DNA of 35,344 nucleotides, taken from the IMG/VR virus record IMGVR_UViG_2061766007_000696; one strand, given 5' to 3'. The stretch comes from an uncultured virus (IMG/VR IMGVR_UViG_2061766007_000696) (taxonomy: Duplodnaviria > Heunggongvirae > Uroviricota > Caudoviricetes). This document shows, one piece after another, positions 1 to 9,138 of the stretch. Position numbers and translations under genes: made by a program. Numbering within the stretch: the first letter of the stretch is position 1; the number at the start of each line of letters is the position of its first letter. Below the pieces are notes generated by a model that saw nothing but the letters and a program-made list of their open reading frames with translations, made no database searches and was not told where the DNA came from.

Positions 1-516
1 CAGATAGTTAAAATGATTAGATTTAAAAATATAAATAATGCCAAGATTCTCTAAGTTTGTAATATAATTAGAAATTGTTTTAGTAGTTGTATTTAGTATT
101 TGGGCATAGTAATCATAAGTACAAGTACTGCCTCTATACATAATATTCTTGTTTGTAGTAACGAGAATAATACAATAAAGCCAGAACATATTAATATAAT
201 ATGAATATTTGGAAGAAATTAGCGCAGATACTATATAATCAGAAACCATAATAAATGTATCTGGCTGTTTTGTTATTAACTGTGTTTTATATACTTTGTC
301 TTCATATGAAATAATCTGATCAGGAAAAAGAGAGGATAATATTTTTGTGCTCTTTTTGATTTCCTTTATTTTACGAAGAGGATTACCATATAATTCTCCT
401 GCAATATTATAACAAGTGATAANNNNNNNNNNAGAATACATTCCGTAATAGGTTAAAAGATCATTACCTATTATTGTAGGATTTAATATTAATGATTTAG
501 GTATTAAAATAAACAT
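1..516 (-). CDS. Winged-HTH (HTH_36-like) protein, partial, runs off window and spans a small gap
   Basis: Not in ORF track. RBS GGGAGGGG then ATG at 516: MFILIPKSLILNPTIIGNDLLTYYGMYS. After the gap it stays open to position 1, including YDYYAQILNTTTKTISNYITNLENLGIIYIF (wHTH pattern). Confidence 0.65.
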   Translation of the reverse strand, partial: MFILIPKSLILNPTIIGNDLLTYYGMYSXXXXITCYNIAGELYGNPLRKIKEIKKSTKILSSLFPDQIISYEDKVYKTQLITKQPDTFIMVSDYIVSALISSKYSYYINMFWLYCIILVTTNKNIMYRGSTCTYDYYAQILNTTTKTISNYITNLENLGIIYIFKSNHFNYL

Positions 517-1786
517 TGTTGTGACCCCCTCCCCCATTTTTTGATGCCAAATTGGACTATANNNNNNNNNNNNNNNNNNNNNNNNNNNNNNNNNNNNNNN
601 NNNNNNNNNNNNNNNNNNNNNNNNNNNNNNNNNNNNNNNNNNNNNNNNNNNNNNNNNNNNNNNNNNNNNNNNNNNNNNNNNNNNNNNNNNNNNNNNNNNN
701 NNNNNNNNNNNNNNNNNNNNNNNNNNNNNNNNNNNNNNNNNNNNNNNNNNNNNNNNNNNNNNNNNNNNNNNNNNNNNNNNNNNNNNNNNNNNNNNNNNNN
801 NNNNNNNNNNNNNNNNNNNNNNNNNNNNNNNNNNNNNNNNNNNNNNNNNNNNNNNNNNNNNNNNNNNNNNNNNNNNNNNNNNNNNNNNNNNNNNNNNNNN
901 NNNNNNNNNNNNNNNNNNNNNNNNNNNNNNNNNNNNNNNNNNNNNNNNNNNNNNNNNNNNNNNNNNNNNNNNNNNNNNNNNNNNNNNNNNNNNNNNNNNN
1001 NNNNNNNNNNNNNNNNNNNNNNNNNNNNNNNNNNNNNNNNNNNNNNNNNNNNNNNNNNNNNNNNNNNNNNNNNNNNNNNNNNNNNNNNNNNNNNNNNNNN
1101 NNNNNNNNNNNNNNNNNNNNNNNNNNNNNNNNNNNNNNNNNNNNNNNNNNNNNNNNNNNNNNNNNNNNNNNNNNNNNNNNNNNNNNNNNNNNNNNNNNNN
1201 NNNNNNNNNNNNNNNNNNNNNNNNNNNNNNNNNNNNNNNNNNNNNNNNNNNNNNNNNNNNNNNNNNNNNNNNNNNNNNNNNNNNNNNNNNNNNNNNNNNN
1301 NNNNNNNNNNNNNNNNNNNNNNNNNNNNNNNNNNNNNNNNNNNNNNNNNNNNNNNNNNNNNNNNNNNNNNNNNNNNNNNNNNNNNNNNNNNNNNNNNNNN
1401 NNNNNNNNNNNNNNNNNNNNNNNNNNNNTACCTATTTTTTATGGGGATTGAGCGAACTTAAAATCGAAATAAGGAATTAAAGGATAGAAATCAGGTTGAG
1501 GTATTTATAAGGGGATTGGGAGAAAAAAATAAATAAGAGGATTTAAAAAGAAATGAGAGGAAAAAAGAAAAGAGGGTTGTAACTAAAAAACGATAAAAAA
1601 TGAATATTTTATTGTAGTTTATGAATTAATAGGCTTAACCGGCGCGCCGCTTTTCCAGGTGATTAATTGCGAAATATACCCCCCATACCCTTAAATAGAT
1701 ATTTTATTGTATTATTTTATAAACAATACATAAGTATGCTAGTATATAGGTACAACAAGTCAGTCACAAAACAACTTAATAAAAAG

Positions 1787-1814
1787 CAAACAAGCGTTTG
1801 CAAACATACGTTCG
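1787..1814. promoter_or_regulatory. Two adjacent SOS-box-like palindromes (CAAACAAGCGTTTG, CAAACATACGTTCG)
   Basis: Resemble the Firmicute LexA/DinR box GAAC-N4-GTTC with 2 and 1 mismatches; upstream of the first early gene. Confidence 0.4.
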
Positions 1815-1883
1815 GTCAATAATTGACCGCGGTTACAATCAATTTTTCAAAGTCGGTCAATGATTGACCGCAAGGAGGTTATT

Positions 1884-2476
1884 ATGTTAACAAACAAATT
1901 ATTTAAACTCACTAATGTTAAAGTTGAAGCTCTTGTTGAAAAGTACCACAAGCTCGATAATATCGAGTGTGACGCGCTTTTTGGTAAATGTGNNNNNNNN
2001 NNNNNNNNNNNNNNNNNNNNNNNNNNNNNNNNNNNNNNNNNNNNNNNNNNNNNNNNNNNNNNNNNNNNNNNNNNNNNNNNNNNNNNNNNNNNNNNNNNNN
2101 NNNNNNNNNNNNNNNNNNNNNNNNNNNNNNNNNNNNNNNNNNNNNNNNNNNNNNNNNNNNNNNNNNNNNNNNNNNNNNNNNNNNNNNNNNNNNNNNNNNN
2201 NNNNNNNNNNNNNNNNNNNNNNNNNNNNNNNNNNNNNNNNNNNNNNNNNNNNNNNNNNNNNNNNNNNNNNNNNNNNNNNNNNNNNNNNNNNNNNNNNNNN
2301 NNNNNNNGCAAAGTTTGCAAATGGTTCACTTCCCTTCAACATGAAAAAAATACGTGATATTCTTAAGAATAAAGATATCCTTATTGACGATAAGCACACG
2401 TTTGAAGACTTGTTGCATTATAGTGAAGAGAATATCGAAAAGATGATAAATAAGAAGGAAGGCGGAAGCAATAACG
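1884..2476 (+). CDS. Hypothetical phage protein(s), interrupted by gaps
   Basis: AAGGAGG RBS, ATG at 1884 (MLTNKLFKL...). Open frame after the gap (AKFANGSLPF...). The end lies in a gap. Confidence 0.55.
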
Positions 2477-2814
2477 NNNNNNNNNNNNNNNNNNNNNNNN
2501 NNNNNNNNNNNNNNNNNNNNNNNNNNNNNNNNNNNNNNNNNNNNNNNNNNNNNNNNNGGCGTGGAGTATGAAATTGCACTTCCTAAAAAGCTTTTCGAAA
2601 AGTACGCTAAAAAGATTGAAGTTAAGGAGGAAACTGAAGAGGAAGAGGAGGCGTGAGCCTCCTTTTCTNNNNNNNNNNNNNNNNNNNNNNNNNNNNNNNN
2701 NNNNNNNNNNNNNNNNNNNNNNNNNNNNCATTTTTTTGGTTACGTCAATTGACGAATGATCCCACAAACCACGACTATATACAACGGTCAATGATTGACC
2801 GAAGGAGGTAAAAC

Positions 2815-3219
2815 ATGAAAACAGCACTCAAAATTTCACATCACAATTTCACCGGAACGGTTATATCATTCGGCGGTATGTTCAAAGTTTCCATTAATGG
2901 AGAAAATCCCTATGGTCTGTTTACGTCAATAGACAAAGCAGAAGCGTACATCAGCGAAGAGTGGTCAATGATTGACCGACTTGGATATCGTGGCTGCCTG
3001 GAGCGTATTATGCGTCAGCACAAAAACGGTCTGCTTTCATTAGCAGATGTCAAGGCGAAAATTGCGCGTTATGCAGTAATTGATCTTAACGAATATTCCG
3101 ACTTTGATAGTTTCACTACTATTATGTTCACGCTTTTGGATAGTGGTGTCATGGACTACGCTACATTCAGCAACTATATGGATTCAGCATCCGAGAAGTT
3201 CGGAGAAGATTGGCACTAA
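2815..3219 (+). CDS. Hypothetical phage protein
   Basis: 134 aa, AAGGAGG RBS directly after a palindrome copy. Confidence 0.8.
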   Translation: MKTALKISHHNFTGTVISFGGMFKVSINGENPYGLFTSIDKAEAYISEEWSMIDRLGYRGCLERIMRQHKNGLLSLADVKAKIARYAVIDLNEYSDFDSFTTIMFTLLDSGVMDYATFSNYMDSASEKFGEDWH

Positions 3220-3232
3220 GGAGGTATTTGTT

Positions 3233-3565
3233 ATGTCACTTGTTAAAACATATGCTTTTGGCGTTGATTTCTATAGTGGTTTCAAGGCTAGTGAGCACAC
3301 ATATGAGAAGTTTGATAATCCCATTGACGCTATAAAAGCGTATAAGAAGTCATTGTCTCATGACTTTGATTATGATGATGCTTTTCACCATACAAATAAG
3401 ATATTTTCATATTTCCGTCACGTTGTGGACAAAACCGACAAAATCGGTCATGCATATGCAGTAACACCTAAGCGCAGGTCTAAGATGAAGTTTGGGTTTT
3501 CTGAGGATGAAATTGCACATTTGTTGTCCATTGATGATGACGTAGAGGACGAGATTATAATTTGA
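3233..3565 (+). CDS. Hypothetical phage protein
   Basis: AAGGAGG RBS, start corrected to ATG 3233 (MSLVKTYAFG...). Confidence 0.8.
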   Translation: MSLVKTYAFGVDFYSGFKASEHTYEKFDNPIDAIKAYKKSLSHDFDYDDAFHHTNKIFSYFRHVVDKTDKIGHAYAVTPKRRSKMKFGFSEDEIAHLLSIDDDVEDEIII

Positions 3566-3597
3566 ACGGTCAATGACTGACCGAAGAAGGAGTTTTT

Positions 3598-3936
3598 ATG
3601 GATACAGATAAGAATATGATGCTCAAGACTAAGAAGGCTAAAAAGATTGACATGAAGAGAGCAAAGAAGTGGGATTATGCTGAGGACATTAGATTTGCGT
3701 CCTATGAGCGCAAGCCTTTAAATGGGCAAAATGTATATTCTGCTCATGCGCAAGGTGTGGACAAAATAACCAATAATAGACGGATGATAGTTGCAAAAGA
3801 CCGCAAGACTATCTATATCTATTCCTCTAAAGAGGAGCGTTGGATTCCGTATAAGGCATCAACTCGCTCATATAGCGGATGGATATGGTGCGCAAAATAT
3901 AATCTTTATAGATCCACTGTGGAGTCAGTTGCATAA
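3598..3936 (+). CDS. Hypothetical basic protein
   Basis: 112 aa, AAGGAG RBS after a palindrome copy. Confidence 0.75.
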   Translation: MDTDKNMMLKTKKAKKIDMKRAKKWDYAEDIRFASYERKPLNGQNVYSAHAQGVDKITNNRRMIVAKDRKTIYIYSSKEERWIPYKASTRSYSGWIWCAKYNLYRSTVESVA

Positions 3937-3985
3937 AATAGTGTTCGGTCAATGATTGACCGAGGAAAGATAAGAGGTATTCATT

Positions 3986-4306
3986 ATGTTCAAAATCATT
4001 ACAACAATCAATTTAATCACATTTCTCTTTGGTGTTCCTACACATACGCCTATAGAGATTGCTGACAATCACGGTATTTATTCCACAGCTATGATAGTAG
4101 ATTTCGTGGAGTATGATGAGTCCGAGGATTGCTATGAGGTTGAAATGCATGACTCTAATGGCAATTGGTGGTATTACTATGATGATGATGCTTGTGATAT
4201 CTATGTCGGTGATCTCATGGCTATAACCATGGACGACAATGGGACTGAAAATATCTATGATGATATTATCCTAGACGTAAAAGCTACAGGCTTTTACTTT
4301 GACTAG
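3986..4306 (+). CDS. Hypothetical protein with hydrophobic N-terminus and acidic body (possibly exported or membrane-anchored)
   Basis: MFKIITTINLITFLFGV N-terminus, GAGG RBS. Confidence 0.75.
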   Translation: MFKIITTINLITFLFGVPTHTPIEIADNHGIYSTAMIVDFVEYDESEDCYEVEMHDSNGNWWYYYDDDACDIYVGDLMAITMDDNGTENIYDDIILDVKATGFYFD

Positions 4307-4316
4307 GGATTTATCA

Positions 4317-4418
4317 TAACCTCCTTCATATTTTCCTGGGCGGTGCGCTATCGTACCGCCAAAGGAAAATGCAATCTTAAATTGTGGGCGATTGCCGAGT
4401 ATATCTCCGACCGCTCAC
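4317..4418 (+). other. GC-rich intergenic double hairpin, candidate structured RNA
   Basis: Stems ATTTTCCT/AGGAAAAT with GGCGGTGCG/CGTACCGCC, and GTGGGCG/CGCTCAC, both using G-U pairs on the + strand. Confidence 0.4.
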
Positions 4419-4464
4419 TAGGCAAACGGTCAACGATTGACCGTCCACAGAAGGGAGAAGCGAA

Positions 4465-4658
4465 ATGACAANNNNNNNNNNNNNNNNNNNNNNNNATATG
4501 ATTTTATGACACACATTAATATCAACAACGGAAATTGGAATTACAGAGTGTTTGCGCTCCTACATGACAGTATCTATAAGGGAAATGCAATGCTAACCTC
4601 AAAGATTTTAGAGATTGAGGAAACTGAGCCTAATTTCTTTAAGGCGACCGTTATCTAA
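4465..4658 (+). CDS. Small hypothetical protein, gap-interrupted
   Basis: AAGGGAG RBS with ATG at 4465; open frame after the gap to TAA at 4658. Confidence 0.55.
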
Positions 4659-4718
4659 GGGAAATCAAATCCGTGAGCCAAAGGAAACGAAAAATCAGAA
4701 CGAAAGGAAACGAAAATT

Positions 4719-4922
4719 ATGAAGAAGACTACCTATATCAATGTCAAGGATTACAAAGAGCCGATCATGCTGACACTTGAGGAGAGCCATGGCACATCGT
4801 GTGTTTGCTATCATTTTCCGCATAACGATATAGTACCTTTTGCTTGCAGTACGGAATGGCACGAATACTGGAAATGGAATGACGACCTCGGCGTGTATAT
4901 CAGCAACGTATCAATGAACTAA
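4719..4922 (+). CDS. Small hypothetical protein
   Basis: 67 aa, AAAGGA RBS. Confidence 0.7.
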   Translation: MKKTTYINVKDYKEPIMLTLEESHGTSCVCYHFPHNDIVPFACSTEWHEYWKWNDDLGVYISNVSMN

Positions 4923-4967
4923 TCGAGCATCGGCTGAGCCAAATTTTCAAATTGGAGGTAAAAAAAT

Positions 4968-5129
4968 ATGAGCATTATGGAAAGAATTCTAGACGAAATG
5001 GACGCATCTCGTGAGCGCAGATATGCAAAGAAGACACGTCCTCAGATTGCACAGTATAACGGATTTCGTGAAGAATGGAATGACTATGTTGATATGTTTG
5101 TAGATGAAGGGAATTCAGATTGGAGGTAA
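4968..5129 (+). CDS. Small hypothetical protein (53 aa, not in ORF track)
   Basis: GGAGG RBS; MSIMERILDEMDASRERRYAKK...DWR. Confidence 0.7.
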   Translation: MSIMERILDEMDASRERRYAKKTRPQIAQYNGFREEWNDYVDMFVDEGNSDWR

Positions 5130-5132
5130 ATT

Positions 5133-5300
5133 ATGTGTGTTATTGAATATGTACATAAAATCTTTTCCGACATTAAGGGAAATCAAATCATGCCAAATAT
5201 TGATGTAGCTCTTGAAGCTTATACTATGTATAACAGATTAGGTTTCAAAGCATGGGTTTATGACAACAACGGAGAACTAGTTGTTGGGGGGGTAAAATGA
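5133..5300 (+). CDS. Small hypothetical protein (55 aa, not in ORF track)
   Basis: GGAGG RBS; MCVIEYVHKIFSDIKGNQ... Confidence 0.7.
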   Translation: MCVIEYVHKIFSDIKGNQIMPNIDVALEAYTMYNRLGFKAWVYDNNGELVVGGVK

Positions 5301-5391
5301 AACCAAAGCCATTTAAATATTATGNNNNNNNNNNTTGCGCTGTTTAAGTATTGGAAAGCAAAGCGAGAGTATAAATTACGGAGGAAACGTT

Positions 5392-5568
5392 ATGGTTATG
5401 ACTAGTTATATGTATCATCTTATGTTCGAAAAGGTAAAAGATAGCGAATGTATGTATCTGCTCAATGAGATACGTGCTCCTAAACAGAAGACAAAAGATA
5501 ATCATCGGTCAATGGTTGACCGACATGATACAATATTAAATGATGAAAGGAAATATAATTATGTGTAA
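5392..5568 (+). CDS. Small hypothetical protein
   Basis: GGAGG RBS before ATG 5392; contains a palindrome copy. Confidence 0.55.
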   Translation: MVMTSYMYHLMFEKVKDSECMYLLNEIRAPKQKTKDNHRSMVDRHDTILNDERKYNYV

Positions 5569-5812
5569 AGTACATGAAGAGAATCCTAAGACAAAGCAAG
5601 ACCTTGAAGTAGAGGTGCTTGAGGAATGTGGCACTATCACTGACGGAAAGAAAACCTTCGTGGTTCAGTATGTCAGCTTCAATGGTGGTGCACCCAAGTA
5701 TACAATCCGTGAGTATTATACGGATAAGGAAGGTAACTTGAGGCCTGGAAAAAATGGTGTGACAATGAGTGGCAAAGTGCTGAAAGGCATCATTGAGCTA
5801 TTTGAAGAGTGA
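5561..5812 (+). CDS. PC4/YdbC-family ssDNA-binding protein
   Basis: VSFNGGAPKYTIREYY...RPGKNGVTMS matches the YdbC pattern ISWN...PKYDIR.W...GKGVTL. Confidence 0.75.
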   Translation: MCKVHEENPKTKQDLEVEVLEECGTITDGKKTFVVQYVSFNGGAPKYTIREYYTDKEGNLRPGKNGVTMSGKVLKGIIELFEE

Positions 5813-5822
5813 GGTAAAGGAA

Positions 5823-5990
5823 ATGATAGATGCAATAGTAAAAGTATTCGAACTCGAAACTAGGCTTGCATATGCTACAAGGGCATATGACCAAGGGACA
5901 ATAGATCTTGACGCTTATGAAGATGAGATTGTTGATATCAAACTTGAGCTTCGTAAAGCAAAGCAGAATCTGATGAAGGAGGTGAGATAA
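5823..5990 (+). CDS. Small hypothetical protein
   Basis: RBS and translational coupling to neighbours. Confidence 0.65.
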   Translation: MIDAIVKVFELETRLAYATRAYDQGTIDLDAYEDEIVDIKLELRKAKQNLMKEVR

Positions 5991-6145
5991 TGCAGACACC
6001 ATGTGATATTCCGACTTATGATGACAACGGAAATAAGACTTATGTTTGTCCGTATAAAGATACATACATGGGTTATGAAAGCGAAATGTGCCGTGTCTGC
6101 TGTGGACTCGGCGTTGATGAAGATTCTTATGAGGAGGAAATTTAA
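5990..6145 (+). CDS. Small Cys-rich protein (51 aa, not in ORF track)
   Basis: AAGGAGG RBS, TAATG overlap; MQTPCDIP...VCPY...MCRVCCGLGVDED. Confidence 0.7.
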   Translation: MQTPCDIPTYDDNGNKTYVCPYKDTYMGYESEMCRVCCGLGVDEDSYEEEI

Positions 6146-6361
6146 ATGGTAATAGGTCGTGATTGTCCAATGTGCGGTGATTATCACCGAATCGAGATTA
6201 AAGGAAAAGAAACCGCAAAAAAGCTTCGCAGTTATTTCAACGGCGAAATCTTACTTCAGCAAGTTCCACTGTGCGCAAGCACAAGAGAATTTATAAAGAC
6301 AGGATTCTGCAAACAGTGTCAAAAGAAATTATTTGCACCGATGGAGGACGACTATGAATAA
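6146..6361 (+). CDS. Small zinc-finger protein
   Basis: CPMC...REFIKTGFCKQCQ. Confidence 0.75.
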   Translation: MVIGRDCPMCGDYHRIEIKGKETAKKLRSYFNGEILLQQVPLCASTREFIKTGFCKQCQKKLFAPMEDDYE

Positions 6362-6692
6362 AATTCCAGAATATACACTTATCACTTTTGATGGTGTATA
6401 CAGACATAATTATGAGGATGATCCCAACAACGAAAAGCTCTTTAATGAGCAGACCGAGTGGTTACGGAAACTTGGTTACAAAAAAGATTGGTATACGGAA
6501 GTCACATATCATCACTTTAATTCTGTTTTTAGTGATGATTATACAACTAATGACACTCTGCATGATGCAATTGAGGCTCTTGCAATTAAAGATGGTGTTG
6601 ATTTTGTCCGTTTCGAAAACGGAAATGAGGGTTTTGTAGCTTATTACAATGGATATAAGGATGCTTTTGAAATCCTTGGAAAGGAAAGTTAA
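6354..6692 (+). CDS. Hypothetical phage protein
   Basis: GGAGG RBS, start corrected to ATG 6354. Confidence 0.75.
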   Translation: MNKIPEYTLITFDGVYRHNYEDDPNNEKLFNEQTEWLRKLGYKKDWYTEVTYHHFNSVFSDDYTTNDTLHDAIEALAIKDGVDFVRFENGNEGFVAYYNGYKDAFEILGKES

Positions 6693-7298
6693 ATGGTTAT
6701 TTATAACAAGAATGCTGAATTTCAGCTTATTCATGAGGCTTACGGCGTAAAGCTCGAAGGGAAATATTATTCCTATGAATCGCCCTGGTCTGATAGCGAG
6801 TACGATACCGTAATTGGTGTCATAAAGGTAAATGGTCGTGAGGTTAACCTTGGCGGTCATGAAATCGTGGCTTTCAAGTGCAAAGGAATCATCAATATGG
6901 AAGAGGACAAGGATCTTCTGTGTAATTACTTTGCGCATAACAAGGTAGACGAAATGGATGATTGGACTCTTGAGCACTTTTTCCTTAAAGAGTATCACTC
7001 TTGTCTATGGAAATATCATACTCAGCAACGGATTTTAAGAGAACGTATTGAGGCTGAAAACAAAAAAGCAGCTGAGGAACGTACCGCCAAGCGAAATGCA
7101 AAAATTGCAGAATTCCAGGCTTATGCCGACAAAAAAGGACTACGGATGATTGTTGATTATGACAGAGCATATTTTGTCAAGATTGACAAGCGAGTTCATA
7201 AGAACTCAGAACAAGCTGAGGATCAATTAGTTCTCGATTTTGCTCAGAAATATCCTGGACATGGTATTGAGATTAAGGAGGTAAAGGGAATATGTTAA
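6693..7298 (+). CDS. Hypothetical phage protein
   Basis: 201 aa, coupled to neighbours. Confidence 0.8.
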   Translation: MVIYNKNAEFQLIHEAYGVKLEGKYYSYESPWSDSEYDTVIGVIKVNGREVNLGGHEIVAFKCKGIINMEEDKDLLCNYFAHNKVDEMDDWTLEHFFLKEYHSCLWKYHTQQRILRERIEAENKKAAEERTAKRNAKIAEFQAYADKKGLRMIVDYDRAYFVKIDKRVHKNSEQAEDQLVLDFAQKYPGHGIEIKEVKGIC

Positions 7299-7639
7299 GA
7301 GCATTACCGTTGGAAATTTATTTAGGAAGATATGGGGATTGTTCTAATCACGGAATTTCATCACGTTTTGATGAGATACTTCTAATATGTGACGAGGGAC
7401 ATATAGAGGTAGACGAGAATAATCCGCCGGAAAATCTTTGTAAGCTAGTTGAAAGAGATTTAGGCTTTGAAGTTTACAAACATGTTGAGCCTGTGGCAAA
7501 GGCAAACGGCGTGGGATGGATGGCAAGTGGTGCTATTGTTTACACTTCTGACTCAAGATTTCACAGAATGTCACAGTATCCGTTGAAACTTCATGATAGA
7601 ACGGAAACCAAAGCTCAGTATGATGCTTATTCTAAGTAA
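7292..7639 (+). CDS. Hypothetical phage protein (DCSNxGIS...LHDRxE pattern)
   Basis: 115 aa, RBS; a palindrome copy starts immediately after the stop. Confidence 0.8.
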   Translation: MLRALPLEIYLGRYGDCSNHGISSRFDEILLICDEGHIEVDENNPPENLCKLVERDLGFEVYKHVEPVAKANGVGWMASGAIVYTSDSRFHRMSQYPLKLHDRTETKAQYDAYSK

Positions 7640-7920
7640 CGGTCAATGGTTGACCGATGTGGAAGGGAGAGAATATGTTCACAGTATTTGTAAAAGGAAT
7701 GGGACTTGACGAAGATTTCTGTTGGGAAAATGAATACCCCTATTTTGGTAGACAGAGAGATGCAGAAAAATTTGCAAGAGAACTTGAGGAAAATTATAAG
7801 NNNNNNNNNNAAATATTATAACCGCAAGTTTTATGTCGGTGCGGTAAGCGAAAGTTACATAGAACAAAAGCAACATCAATGGGCATTATTGATGGCATCA
7901 ATGGTATAAGGAGGTAATCT

Positions 7921-8583
7921 ATGAAAAGAATAGAAATTGATACACAGAGCGGAATTCATTGGCTCTATAACGGAGATGAACAATGGAAAGATTGCGTTTG
8001 CGAAAATTTTGATCAGTTTTTTGTCATTCACGGAAACCGTGATTTCAAGGAAATTGAGGAGGCTGATTGGTTTGATACCGTCAAAAACCTTATGAAAGAT
8101 TTTGATGAGTCAGATTTAGATGATGAGGAGGATGCAAAACTCTTAAGAGAAAACTACAAAGAATATTCCGATGAACAATGGAAATCTATTGTCGAGGTTT
8201 ATCAGAATTGTAAATATTCTGATTCAGATGATACATATCTTAAGGTATTGCGTATAATCTATCCTAATGACAAATGGGATAGGGGTACAATCCGTGGATA
8301 CTGTCAGAGTGATTGGAATAATGTACTCTATAAGGCAAACAATATAGAAAATCTCGATATTCTTGAGGCATATTACTTTGGACATCTTGCAGAACTTTAT
8401 GACACGGAAGAAAATGTATCGGCAATAGTAAGAAATGATGTTCTTTGGGAAGCTCAAAGGGAAAATACTTTGAAAAAACTCATTCATGATAGTCTTGATA
8501 TTCCTGAGGATGAGGAAATTGAGGTCTATGAGAGTGACGGATATATTCAGCAGATAAAATGGAAAAAAGTAAATGTCCAATAA
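7921..8583 (+). CDS. Hypothetical acidic phage protein
   Basis: 220 aa, AAGGAGG RBS. Confidence 0.85.
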   Translation: MKRIEIDTQSGIHWLYNGDEQWKDCVCENFDQFFVIHGNRDFKEIEEADWFDTVKNLMKDFDESDLDDEEDAKLLRENYKEYSDEQWKSIVEVYQNCKYSDSDDTYLKVLRIIYPNDKWDRGTIRGYCQSDWNNVLYKANNIENLDILEAYYFGHLAELYDTEENVSAIVRNDVLWEAQRENTLKKLIHDSLDIPEDEEIEVYESDGYIQQIKWKKVNVQ

Positions 8584-8590
8584 TTGGACA
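8574..8590. repeat. 17-bp palindrome TGTCCAATAATTGGACA, copy 1
   Basis: Perfect 8-1-8 inverted repeat overlapping the stop codon of 7921-8583. Confidence 0.85.
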
Positions 8591-8605
8591 GGAAAGGAAA
8601 ATTAA

Positions 8606-9136
8606 ATGGAAAAGGTTTTACAGATTAAAATGCAGAAGGTTGTTGACGAGGTTAATAAAAAAGAGGAGGAATTAAAACAGAAAATCAATACTTTCAAAGA
8701 GTCATTTTTTACTGATGATATAAAGGAAATGATTGATCATATTATAACTCATCTTGATATGCAAGAACATGAAGATAGTTGGCAAGCATATTCTTTTGAG
8801 TCATCTGAAGGATATAGAATTGAAATCAGATGGACAGATATCCGTATAAACAATGTAAGATTTGGTATATCGAGAAATAATAACTTAAAGAATACAAGAA
8901 TTCTTTGTGATGATAAAGGAATCCAGACTCTTCAGGAACATAAAGACAATATCATTCAGCAAAGCAAAATGTTACAGGTATTGCAAGGGAATCTTATGCA
9001 GATGCTTAACGATATCACAAATCAGTATCTCTCAATTATTGATGCTCAGACAAGCGAATTGGATGCAATTATGAGGGAACTCGACTTTGAGGACGACACT
9101 CATACATCTTTTAAAATAACTGTGGAATGGAGGTAA
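8606..9136 (+). CDS. Hypothetical coiled-coil protein
   Basis: 176 aa, RBS. Confidence 0.8.
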   Translation: MEKVLQIKMQKVVDEVNKKEEELKQKINTFKESFFTDDIKEMIDHIITHLDMQEHEDSWQAYSFESSEGYRIEIRWTDIRINNVRFGISRNNNLKNTRILCDDKGIQTLQEHKDNIIQQSKMLQVLQGNLMQMLNDITNQYLSIIDAQTSELDAIMRELDFEDDTHTSFKITVEWR

Positions 9137-9138
9137 TC

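Noticed and set aside
541..2571. Long ORFs in the track made mostly of X
   Set aside because: Artefacts of N runs lacking stop codons.
2743..2754. Short palindrome CGTCAATTGACG sharing the GTCAA/TTGAC arms
   Set aside because: Different spacing and single copy; not counted as a family member.
4317..4420. tRNA gene
   Set aside because: No cloverleaf, no TTCGA T-loop, no CCA end.
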